Assembly (NCBI GenBank): GCA_951406725.2
Contig: OX597815.1
Location: 211,544,001-211,608,000 of the forward strand
DNA length: 64,000 nucleotides
Source: Octopus vulgaris
Taxonomy: Eukaryota
Direction: 5' to 3'
The notes under the pieces are model-generated. The model worked only from the letters and a program-made list of their open reading frames with translations. It did no database searches and was not told the origin of the DNA. A program made the translations under genes and the position numbers. Shown in pieces: positions 52,718 through 64,000 of the stretch (its first letter is position 1; each line of letters opens with the position of its first letter).

Positions 52718-53326
52718 ATGAAGCAGAATGCGCCCCCCACGGCACAAACAAGAAACCCCAAAATATGCCGCTATTCACTGCGTCAGAGACTCTGCACAAA
52801 TAGTGACTGCATCTTCACACATCTACCTGGCACTAGACGCACTACCGGCCAAGGCCAAAGCACGCATCCCACAATAACATCAACACCACCAAATAGTAAA
52901 TCGAAATTCAAAACACACACAACTCGGAGTCCCAAAATCTGCCGGTATTCCCAACGTGAGAGAATATGTCTGCTGAGTGACTGTCCCTTCACTCATATTC
53001 CAGGGACCCGACGCACAAACAGAAACGGGGCTTCAAGCCAGCACACAAACCTGAATAAAAATAAAAATAAAAACACACCATGGTGCAGTAATGCTGGTCC
53101 AGTCTTTTCAGGAAGACACAAAAACAACAACAACAAAAGTGGAAACTACAACCCTATCCAACAGTGCAACCACACCTCCAGCCAAAAACTGCTCCCTAAG
53201 CAGGAAAATTCTTTTTTAGCCATGTTGAACATGGCAAAAGAGATACACAAAAATATTCTAGCCATCACTCAACACCATCCTATGCTATTACCCCAGTGCA
53301 CCAATTCCCCACATTGCTGCCACTAA
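52718..53326 (+). CDS. LINE ORF1 (possibly 5'-truncated) with two C-x8-C-x4-C-x3-H zinc fingers
   Basis: KICRYSLRQRLCTNSDCIFTHLPGT and KICRYSQRERICLLSDCPFTHIPGT. Start codon uncertain. Confidence 0.65.
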   Translation: MKQNAPPTAQTRNPKICRYSLRQRLCTNSDCIFTHLPGTRRTTGQGQSTHPTITSTPPNSKSKFKTHTTRSPKICRYSQRERICLLSDCPFTHIPGTRRTNRNGASSQHTNLNKNKNKNTPWCSNAGPVFSGRHKNNNNKSGNYNPIQQCNHTSSQKLLPKQENSFLAMLNMAKEIHKNILAITQHHPMLLPQCTNSPHCCH

Positions 53327-56318
53327 CACGCACAAAAAATCCAAGCCCCCTGCAACAATCAAAACCAGCCACTACACTAACCTCCACATTTCTACTCAAT
53401 GCACAAGGTGTCAGCCCTTCCATCAATGCACAAAAATGGAAGGTCCAATTCATTGAAGACTGGGTTGATAACCATCCACACCACATCCCTTTCTTCATTC
53501 TCACTGAGACCCACCTTGACAACTCCCACTTGGAAGCCGAAGTGAGAGTGAAGAATTTCACAACCATCCGCGCGGATCGTATCGGCAGAAGGAAGGGTGG
53601 AACTGCCATTTTCCTGCATGATTCGTTTACGGCAGATGGAAATAGTATATTCTCCAACGGCTACTGCGAATCAGTCACCGTGCACAACAAAGCCAATGAC
53701 CTGACAGTAATTGGGCTCTATAGGCCGCCCCAAACACCCATACTGTGCTTTAAAGAATGCCTTAACAGCATTAAGTGCTTTATTCAACAGTGCCATTCTA
53801 GCAACCTACTCATGATGGGAGACTTCAATCTACCCTGTGTTGACTGGACTACAAACTGTTTGAAACCAAGCACTCCCGCCTCAACCGCTGACAAAGAAGC
53901 AGCAGAGTCACTTTTCGACTTTACGAATGAGTTTTTCTTGTCCCAACTTGTCCTTGCACCAACAAGACACCAGAAGAACATTTTGGACCTAGTGTTTAGT
54001 AACCACACTAACACTATACATAACGTTACAGTGGAAAAAACCCTTCTTTCAGACCATGACATGGTTCTCTGTAACATGAAATTCCACCAGCCGAAAGCTA
54101 ATCCTAGTGACCTCCTCCAGCCCACCCATTTGATAACATGGATCTCCATAATGCCAACTGGGATGCAATCAGGAACGAGCTATCACATATTGACTGGTCC
54201 TTTACACATACACACATCTCCACCAACCATAAAACATCTTGGCAGATCTTTGTAGACACCGTCACAGACATATGTGCAAAACACTCCCCACCAAGACCTG
54301 TGAACAAAAAGTGCAGAATCCTCCAAAACAGAAAAACTATTATCAGAAAAATAAAAAGAACAAACAAAAAAATTAACGAACTAAAGTACTGCCAACAGCA
54401 ACACACACATTCGACGGCTATCGCACTGATTGAATCCAAAAAATATAACCTCAAACAATGCATGAAGACCCTCATCAATAACCAAAGATCAGCTGAGGAG
54501 AAGTGGGCCATTGAAAAAATCAAACTCAACCCCAAAGTGTTCTTTTCATTTGCGAGGAAACGCAGAGTCACTGTCTCCACTGTTGGCCCTCTAATTGATG
54601 AAACTGGCACTCTCCAAGATAATGCCAAATCCATGGCCGAGATACTGCAGAAACAACACTGCTCTGTTTTCAGCAATCCTGATATGGCCGATCTGGGCTG
54701 TATCAGCGATGTCAACCCCCAACACACTATATCGGACATAACGTTTAGTGCCCCTGATGTCTTAGCGGCGATAAACGAAATAAAACACAATTCAGCAGTA
54801 GGCCCCGATAGGTTCCCTGCTTGTGTCCTGAAGGTGTGTCGACACCAACTTGCATCTCCCCTTGCTAATCTGTGGAGAAACTCACTGGATGCTGGCTATA
54901 TTCCAAAAAACCTTCTGTCCCAGTTTTCAAAAAGGGAAACAAGTCCCTTGCAGTGAACTACCGTCCGATCTCACTCACCTCTCATATCATCAAGGTATTT
55001 GAGAGGGTGGTGAGATCTCGAATAACCCAATTTCTGGAAAGCAACAGACGGCTGATCTCTAACCAACATGGGTTCCGTAATGGAAGGGACTGCCTAACGT
55101 AGCTCCTGCATCACTTTGATGACATTTTGAGAGCTTTGGGAGAGGGCTCCAACACCGATGTCATCTACCTTGATTTCAGTAAGGCCTTCGACAGGGTCGA
55201 TCACAAGATCCTATTGAAAAAACTATCCAACATTGGTGTCTCTGGAAAGTTACTGAAATGGATCAAGTGTTTCCTGACAGACAGATCTCAACATGTTGTA
55301 GTTGAAGGGTAAAATCAAGCCCAGCCAAAGTCAGTAGTGGCGTTCCGCAAGGCACTGTGCTGGGCCCACTTCTTTTCATCATTTACATTAATGACATTAA
55401 TGACATCATCAAGCACAGCAACATAAAAATCTTTGCAGATGACTCCAAGCTACAGAAGGTCATAAATGAGGCGAGTGACCGGACATGCCTTCAGTCAGAT
55501 CTACTGGCTGTTATCCAATGGGCAGAAAAAAACAAATGCTGCTGAACGAGGATAAATTTGAGTTAATCCACTTTGGAAAAGAGGATGCCCTGAAACTCCC
55601 ATACTCCCTTCCTTCAGGTGAAACTCTCGTGGCATCCAACAACATCAGAGACTTGGAAGTAATTGTGGACAACAACATAAGCTGGACCACTCATATAAAC
55701 ACCAAAGTTGACATGGCCCGCAGAATGTGTTCCTGGATTCTCAGAACTTTCCAGTCGAGAGATATCCACACCATTATCCTTCTCTTCTCCACTTTTGCCC
55801 GACCCCACCTTGAATACTGTTGTCCACTGTGGTCTCCCCACACAAAACAAAGTATCATAAAAATTGAAGCACCTCAAAGGGCAATCACAAAAAATATAGA
55901 TGGCATGACAGGCCTCGACTATTGGGGTCGACTAGAAAAGCTAAAACTTTATTCTCTCCAACGTCGTCGTGAGCACTACATCATCTGCATGATGTGGAAA
56001 ATATTCCATCAGCATTGCCCAAATGATGTTGGCATCACCTTTAAGGTACATCCAAGGCTTGGGCCCCGTGCCATCCGCCTAAAACAAAAATCGCACTCTC
56101 ATCTCATAACAACAATACGGCACAATTATTTCACCTCAATTGGCCCCGCTCTCTTTAACATTACACCAAAACACATTAAAACAGAAACTGACCCTATAGG
56201 GTTCAAGAAGTCTTTGGACAGATTCCTTCAAGAAATCCCGGATAAACCCCCTACACCCGGATATGTCTCTGTAAACAATAACTCTCTACTTGAGTGGGCC
56301 ATAGTGCCCAAATTCTGA
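53296..56318 (+). pseudogene. LINE ORF2 (APE endonuclease plus RT), broken by frameshifts and a stop
   Basis: Consecutive ORF fragments at 53296, 54138, 54872, 55127, 55357 and 55485. Confidence 0.9.
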
Positions 56319-56449
56319 CTTGAAGGACTTCACCAGGTGGTGCTATTAAGTTAGATATGGCCTGGGCCAATAATGGCCGAAACCTATCAAAGTATCAAAG
56401 TATCAAAGTATATATATGTATGTATGCATATATATATATATGTATGTAT

Positions 56450-57025
56450 GGAAAGAAGTTTGCTCAAAAAGTTAAACCATCTAGCTCTTCTAGGATTTTC
56501 CATATTTATATTATTGTGTATCTGTAACGCCTTCGCCCCAAGGAGTGAAGCTGTAGTTTTCCCAGCCTATTCCTATTGCTCACCCACTGCACTGTTTCAA
56601 TCTTTTTAGTGTAGTGGCGATGGGTTGTTTCAAGCTCCGCTGTTAGTTTGGCACTGTATGTGTTGACCATAACTGGGAACTGTAGTCCTGGCGGCTGAGA
56701 ACAAAGGTTCTCCACAGGGTCAACATAGTTTCCAGGTCTTTTATCTTGAAGGATCTCATTATCCATCCTGCCACTTGTCTGCACTTTGCTGCCATCTTAC
56801 TAATTTGCTGATCCACAAGTCTTTCACTGCCTGTGACTCTGGGATTGTAGTGCCTTCGGGTCTTTTAAATGTACATTGTACTGTGTTCATAGTGCAGTGC
56901 TTGAAATTTTCCAGCATTAAACTGCATGTTGCTTCTTTCGGCCCACTTGCATATTGAGTTTAGGTCCTACTGTAAGCTTGTAACATCTTCTTGGATTTTT
57001 ATTACCTGTGATAATTTTGTATAAT

Positions 57026-57030
<5 letters not shown>
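56450..57030 (-). mobile_element. Older decayed CR1-group LINE fragment related to 50215-51930
   Basis: [41 protein letters not shown]. Confidence 0.75.
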
Positions 57031-57096
<66 letters not shown>

Positions 57097-57138
57097 CATA
57101 TATATATATATATAAACATATATACACACACATATATA

Positions 57139-58554
57139 CTTTGATACTTTGATACTTTGATAGGTTTCGGCCATTATTGGCCCAGGCCATGTCTAACTTA
57201 ATAGCACCACCTGGTGAAGTCTTTCAAGTCAGAATTTGGGCACTATGGCCCACTCAAGTAGAGAGTTATTGTTTACAGAGACATATCCGGGTGTAGGGGG
57301 TTTATCCGGGATTTCTTGAAGGAATCTGTCCAGAGACTTCTTGAACCCTATAGGGTCAGTTTCTGTTTTAATGTGTTTTGGTGTAATGTTAAAGAGAGCA
57401 GGTCCACATGAGGTGAAATAATTGTGCCGTATTGTTGTTATGAGATGAGAGTGCGATTTTTGTTTTGGGCGGATGGCACGGGGCCCAAGCCTTGGATGTA
57501 CCTTAAAGGTGATGCCAACATCATTTGGGCAATGCTGATGGAATATTTTCCACATCATGCAGATGATGTAGCGCTCACGACGACGTTGGAGAGAATAAAG
57601 CTTTAGCTTTTCTAGTCGACCCCAATAGTCGAGGCCTGTCATGCCATCTATATTTTTTGTGATTGCCCTTTGAGGTGCTTCAACTTTTATGATACCTTTT
57701 ATTGTGTGGGGAGACCACAGTGGACAACAGTATTCAAGGTGGGGTCGGGCAAAAGTGGAGAAGAGAAGGATAATGGTGTGGATATCTCTCGACTGGAAAG
57801 TTCTGAGAATCCAGGAACACATTCTGCGGGCCATGTCAACCTTGGTGTTTATATGAGTGGCCCAGCTTATGTTGTTGTCCACAATTACTTCCAAGTCTCT
57901 GATGTTGTTGGACGCCGCGAGAGTTTCACCTGAAGGAAGGGAGTATGGGAGTTTCAGGGCATCCTCTTTTCCAAAGTGGATTAACTCAAATTTATCCTCG
58001 TTCAGCAGCATATTGTTTTTTCTGCCCATTGGATAACAGCCAGTAGATCTGACTGAAGGCATGTCCGGTCACTCGCCTCATTTATGACCTTCTGTAGCTT
58101 GGAATCATCTGCAAAGATTTTTATGTTGCTGTGCTTGATGATGTCATTAATGTCATTAATGTAAATGATGAAAAGAAGTGGGCCCAGCACAGTGCCTTGC
58201 GGAACGCCACTACTGACTTTGGCTGGACTTGATTTTACCCCTTCAACTACAACATGTTGAGATCTGTCTGTCAGGAAACACTTGATCCATTTCAGTAACT
58301 TTCCAGAGACACCAATGTTGGATAGTTTTTTTCAATAGGATCTTGTGATCGACCACAGGCCTTACTGAAATCAAGGTAGATGACATCGGTGTTGGAGCCC
58401 TCTCCCAAAGCTCTCAAAATGTCATCAAAGTGATGCAGGAGCTGCGTTAGGCAGTCCCTTCCATTACGGAACCCATGTTGGTTAGAGATCAGCCGTCTGT
58501 TGCTTTCCAGAAATTGGGTTATTCGAGATCTCACCACCCTCTCAAATACCTTGA
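57139..58554 (-). mobile_element. 5'-truncated second copy of the 52581-56408 LINE
   Basis: Near-identical to 54990-56408 in reverse orientation, with the same (TATCAAAG)3 tail. Confidence 0.95.
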
Positions 58555-58798
58555 ATATATATTTATATACATATATATACACATTCACATATATATATAT
58601 ATGTATACATATATTCATATATATGCATATATACATATATATACACATATATATATACATATAATGCATATATATACATATATAAACATATATATATATA
58701 TACACACATATATATATATACATATATATACACACACACATATATATATACACACACACCCATATATATATACCTGTATATATACATAAATACACACA

Positions 58799-58879
<81 letters not shown>

Positions 58880-60309
58880 TATATATATACACATATATAT
58901 TTTCATACATATATATTTATGAAAACGAAGAACGAAAATGCTACTTTTTAAAATTAGGTACATTTAAATTTCTTTATATAAATACATTAAAACATGCTTT
59001 TATTTACATGCTTCGGTTGGTTATAAACCTTATCAAAAATATGTACGTAAATGAAATATGTAGAGAAAAAATTATTAATAAAATTATTAAAATAACCGTT
59101 CATAATGGATTTGCTAATAATGTTAAATGGATTATATGGGATCTTTACAAACATCACAAAATTAATATCTTTTACTGATAGTTGATGAATCCTCACCCGA
59201 CCTCATTTAGTTTTCTCTGCGCTGATGTCACTACTTTGACCATTGTTAAATAATTTTAAATTTCTCTCTTGTTGCTATCACTGCTGACAGAGGAGCACAA
59301 CTCATGTTTATAAAAGTACGTGATACCTTAAATCAACAAAAGAATTGTGCAAAGTCTAACCATCATTTACAATTTTAGAAGGAAATGACAATGCAAATGC
59401 ATTCTTTTAGTAGAGAAAAATCTAAACTTGTAGCACGTAATGTCAACTTCATTTTCCGAAGAAGAAATAGTTGGCGCGATATTCAGTTTCTCTAGACAAA
59501 AAGGGTTAAACTTAGAGAATCACACTTAACGATTTGCTGACGCACAAACTTCCGGACGTCGTTCTTCGTTCTACAAATCTGTTCCTTAAGAGGGAGACTC
59601 CTTTATTAACAGCGATAATGAGATTATTTCACAAGACCCTGCTATGCCTGTCGTTCCTACAAATGAACTTCAAAGGATTTTAAACTCACAGGAAATACTT
59701 AATTTCTGCCTTTATGATTTTGTTAATTGTATAAATATAAGATCTAATTTCGCTTTCGAAATATAGCATTTCTGAAAACTTTTACTAATCTTTTAATTTC
59801 ATACTTCATTTTTTTTCTTAATGAAGGCTTATTAGTATGATTCCTTTAATCTTTTTATTGTGCTTAGAATTCCTTATGATGTTGGGCGAGTTCTTCATTT
59901 TACTTAAACTGGATACTGTTTATAGAATGTCATAAGTGATGAGTGTCTTTCTTCTCTTACTGCAAAGCGGATATTGATTTGTGACATAACTCGATGAACT
60001 GTCTTGGCATATAGTCTCCATTGTTATGACATCCGGATAATAATATTTTAAGAATACAAAAATCTCATTTAAAAGTATTAAAGAAAACAAGAGCAGCAAA
60101 TAAGAGCGATATGCACACGTACGTACATTATATATGCATATAAATATATAATGTTATATATATATATAAATATATATATATATATGTAATGGTATATGAA
60201 TATATACATTCATATGTAATGTCATATATATATATACATATATATATGATCATCATTCTCTCTCTCTTCTCTCTCTCTCTCTTTCTCTCTCTCTCTTTCG
60301 GTCTCTATG

Positions 60310-60352
<43 letters not shown>

Positions 60353-60415
60353 GGATGTAAACATAAGCGTGAATTCACACACATACACACACACACACAT
60401 GCACACACACACACA

Positions 60416-60452
<37 letters not shown>

Positions 60453-61138
60453 TCATTCTGGCCTTGCAAAGATGAAAGGTTAAGTTTCAACGTCTCATTT
60501 TGTTTCGTCTATAAAACTGGGAGCTTTGTGCCTGGTTAATAAATTAGTAAACATAACAGTATTATTAAATATAACAGCAGGTGAACAGTGTAAATTAGGA
60601 AGCGCGTTTCCGGTAAGCCAAGTATTCTGTTTATGTAATAAATCAATATATGATATTGTAAATATTTTGATAGCCATCAGCTATTTGATATTACCAGCAG
60701 ACGACAGGAGAATTACTTGGCTGTTTGTACCTAGACGTTATAAAATAGTTAATGTATATTTTTTTCCCGGTGACAAAAATTAACAGCTTCAAGAAACGAA
60801 CAACGCTTGGATTATTCCGTTTTTACTTTGAATTATAAAATTTTGTTTTCAAAGTAAACATCCCTTAAGCAAAATCACAGGTTATTTTCTAGTGTCATAT
60901 TTATATAAAAGTTGCCATATTTGGATGGAAGAAAAAGTAATAGTATTGTAGCATCAGTAAAATAAATATTTAAAATACATAGTTTCAGGGGAAAATATGA
61001 AAAGAGCGGAAGATGGATGGCTGAAAAACTGATTATAGGCATATTACTAACAGACAGAATATAAAAAATAAATCATTCGTAGTCAAAGCGGTTAATCTAT
61101 GGAATGTTACACTTGAAATTAATCTCAAACGTATCTGT

Positions 61139-61207
<69 letters not shown>

Positions 61208-61532
61208 GACTAAGTGCATTGACTAAGGAAAATAGTATGATAAAGAGCCATGTAAGTCCTCGACAGAAAAAAGAAGGCTCCCTATCCGCTTGGTATATAT
61301 ATATATATATATATATATATACTTTACATATAAACGTATATATGTATATATGTATATATGTATATATGTATATATATATATCTATATATATATATATATA
61401 TATACATATATATGTATATATGAATATATATACGTATATATGAATATATATATATATATTGATATATAAAACCTGTTACTCTGACTTTCCCGTTGCCGTT
61501 CATCGGACAGTTTTTGCTAGAATATATATATA

Positions 61533-61860
61533 TTCCACAACAAAAATCTAAATCGCATCACATAACGACAATACGGCACAACTATTTCACCTCAATTGGA
61601 CCTGCTCTCTTCAACATTACACCAGGACACGTCAAAAAAGAAACTGACCACACAAAATTCAAGAAGTCTTTGGACAAATTCCTTCAAACAGTACCGGACA
61701 AACCACCCACAGCCGGATATGTCTCCGCAAACAATAACTCTCTGCTCGAATGGGCCTTGGTGCCCAAATCCTGAACTGAAAGACGTCGCCAGGTGGTGCT
61801 ATTAAGTTAGACATGGCCTGGGCCTAATACTGGCCAAAAACCTTTCTAAGTTATTCTAAG

Positions 61861-61863
<3 letters not shown>
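61533..61863 (+). mobile_element. 3' fragment of a sister subfamily of the same LINE
   Basis: TTIRHNYFTSIGPALFNITP...NNSLLEWALVPK, tail (TTCTAAGTTA)2, TA flanks. Confidence 0.88.
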
Positions 61864-61924
<61 letters not shown>

Positions 61925-62774
61925 ATATAAGTATATATGTGTATATTTATATACATGTATGTATATATATATATATATATATATACGGTAATTTTGTGTG
62001 TATATATGTGTGTATGTGTGTGTGCGTGTTTGTGTGTGTGTGTGTGTGTAGTAATTTCCATTAATTTTCGTGGCTCACTACTTTACCATCACAGACAGCA
62101 GCTGAAGTTGTTACTAGCAATGCCACTATGAGCAACACCTTCTGATCAAGAAATACTGCCACCTAACTTTTAGAGGGTTTTAACGGAGCTCCAACAGTTG
62201 TAACTATACTTATCAAGCATCTGATCTATGATAACTCTGGACGTTGAATCGGTGTGTTTAATCCGTCTACCAGTTGAACAGATGTTTTGATAAGAATCGT
62301 GAGCGTTAGAAATCCTCTCGTGGCAATGTCAGTAAAAAATCTATCATTCACGAACTGGAGTTGATTAAGTTAACTATGACCCTTTTCAAAACTTTTGTTG
62401 TTCTCATTTTCCTCGCTGTTGTTGCTTTCGTTTCGATCGACATTGATGGTGGTGGTGGCTCTACATTGATTTAATGTGGGGAAGGCATAATTATATCGCT
62501 CTTCCAATCAGTACTCAAACCCCTCTAGCTTTCTGTCGAATATTTTTCGATGTAATTCTTGGACAATTTTAAATAGATAAATTTTAGACAAATAACATCG
62601 GATTCCGACGCGATGGATTTAAAGAGCTTCTAAGGACATTGATTATATCTATGAATATAACTAAGCAACGTGTTTCGAAAGTAGACTTTTAAAAAGCACT
62701 TAAAAATGAACAAAAGTTACGAGCGATTCAAAGTGACGAGTTGCTGATACCACGACCACCACATCAACAATAAT

Positions 62775-62934
62775 CCTTTCTATTCTATGCACAGGGTCTG
62801 AAATTTCGGGGGAATGGGTAAGTCGATTACATCGACACCAACGCTCAACTGGTTCTTATTTTATCGATCCTGAAAGAATGAAAAACCAAGTCGACCTCGG
62901 GTGAATTCGATCTCAGAATGTAAAGACGGACGAT
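62775..62934 (-). mobile_element. SINE family B, diverged
   Basis: aagtcgattacatcgac...ttttatcgatcctgaaagaatgaa...gtcgacctcgg. Confidence 0.7.
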
Positions 62935-63815
62935 ATCACTACCATCTTTATTATTTTTTTTTCCTTTTCTTCTCAAATAAAGTACCAAAGCCATGACTGA
63001 AAAGACTTAGCTCTTGTTCTAGCAAAGTCTTAGAGATGTAACATTTCGGAATGGTACTATGGAGCTATCAAAGGTTTGAGCAAGGATTTCATTTTGTGTT
63101 TTGTTTTCCGTTGGAATTCGTACTTGACAAAATAGTTTTGTCAAGTATGCGTTCATAGCTGAGCTAACTATATGATGTATGCTGCAAGTCATTCAAACCA
63201 ATCGATCAAGAAATTTCAGGAATTCCATACGAAAACCTTACTTCTGTGAGGCGAGATATTCCAGTCGTTGTACACTTGTTAGATTATCAAGAGCATGCTG
63301 TCAACACAAATTCCGGTTGTTTTTTCAGGCGTTTTGCAACATATAGAACATAATGTTTGTAATAACAAACATAAAGTTGTAATAACAAAGATTGTTGATA
63401 TGAAACTACATTCAGTACTCATAGCCTTCTGAGTCTGGGATATAAGTGAGCGCTTCCATGCATACTTAGACGGCTCTATCTATATATCAACACAAACCAT
63501 CATAGTGCGTGCAACAGGCACATGTTTGAATGTTGTAGATAATCTATAGCAGTATGGATACTAACGTTCACGCATAACACACACAAACTGACATATATTC
63601 ATGTGCATCGTGTATGATCGTGTGTGCGTGTAGATTAGTATAAACACACAGGAATACGTGGAAATATGTATGTATATGAAAAGACTGATATTATTGTAAT
63701 ATTTGCCATAACTTCTGCTGATGCTTCCGTTACGAAATCTTGTATGCGTACGTGTGTCAAAGTGTATAAGGGTGTGCGTATGTGTGTGCCTGTTTATGTG
63801 TGTGTGCGTGTTTAT

Positions 63816-63857
<42 letters not shown>

Positions 63858-64000
63858 GTGTGCACGAGTGTGTGAGCATGCGCAGATGCCACTCTTTACA
63901 CGGTAGTCTGGGTCCACGATCTGCGATGCAAATCGAAATGGTGTAAAACGGGGAAGATATGTTTTATTGTTATTATGCCACAAAAAAGTTTAAGTAGTTT

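Larger units (their letters stand above)
52581..56408 (+). mobile_element. Near full-length CR1-group LINE (ORF1 with tandem CCCH fingers; ORF2 APE-RT), (TA)n-flanked
   Basis: APE motifs (LTETHL, RKGG, LYRPP, MGDFN, LDLVFSN, SDH), RT motifs (QHGFR, DFSKAFD, LGPLLF, FADD). 3' stem-loops and (TATCAAAG)3 tail. Confidence 0.93.

Noticed and set aside
61468-61523. 55-bp TA-flanked insert with CCGATGA on the minus strand
   Set aside because: Too short and no complete core or stems.
63121-63147. Perfect 12-bp hairpin tacttgacaaaa-tag-ttttgtcaagta (also a small hairpin at 22197-22249)
   Set aside because: Isolated, AT-rich and without supporting context.
59000-63560. Complex non-repetitive stretches (also 16900-17900, 35700-37100) as decayed coding DNA
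   Set aside because: No recognisable protein motifs by eye; would need BLASTX/RepeatMasker.

Overview
AT-rich, microsatellite-dense eukaryotic DNA with no confidently identifiable host gene. The repeat families suggest a cephalopod (Octopus-like) genome, which is inference only. Almost all long ORFs in the track are microsatellite/minisatellite artefacts. Real coding remnants are all transposon-derived: a Dong/R4-type RLE retrotransposon end in (TAA)n, three mariner copies, two Penelope-like (PLE) RT remnants, and several CR1-group APE-RT LINEs, one nearly full length with a tandem-CCCH ORF1. There are also about 25 tRNA-derived SINE copies of four families, a non-autonomous Helitron and a 2.4 kb 34-bp minisatellite. 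The least obvious signal is RNA-level: about 11 hammerhead-ribozyme cores (CUGANGA...GAAA...UH) read by eye, in short PLE-terminus/retrozyme-like elements that sit in (TA)n tracts. Several are fold-back elements with a ribozyme on each strand, one lies behind a tRNA-like Pol III head, and one pair looks like a permuted (type II-like) switchable ribozyme. Also seen: a LINE/SINE pair sharing a covarying 3' double stem-loop, and complex fold-back/template-switch rearrangements at TA tracts. All structures were read manually; nothing was computed or searched.
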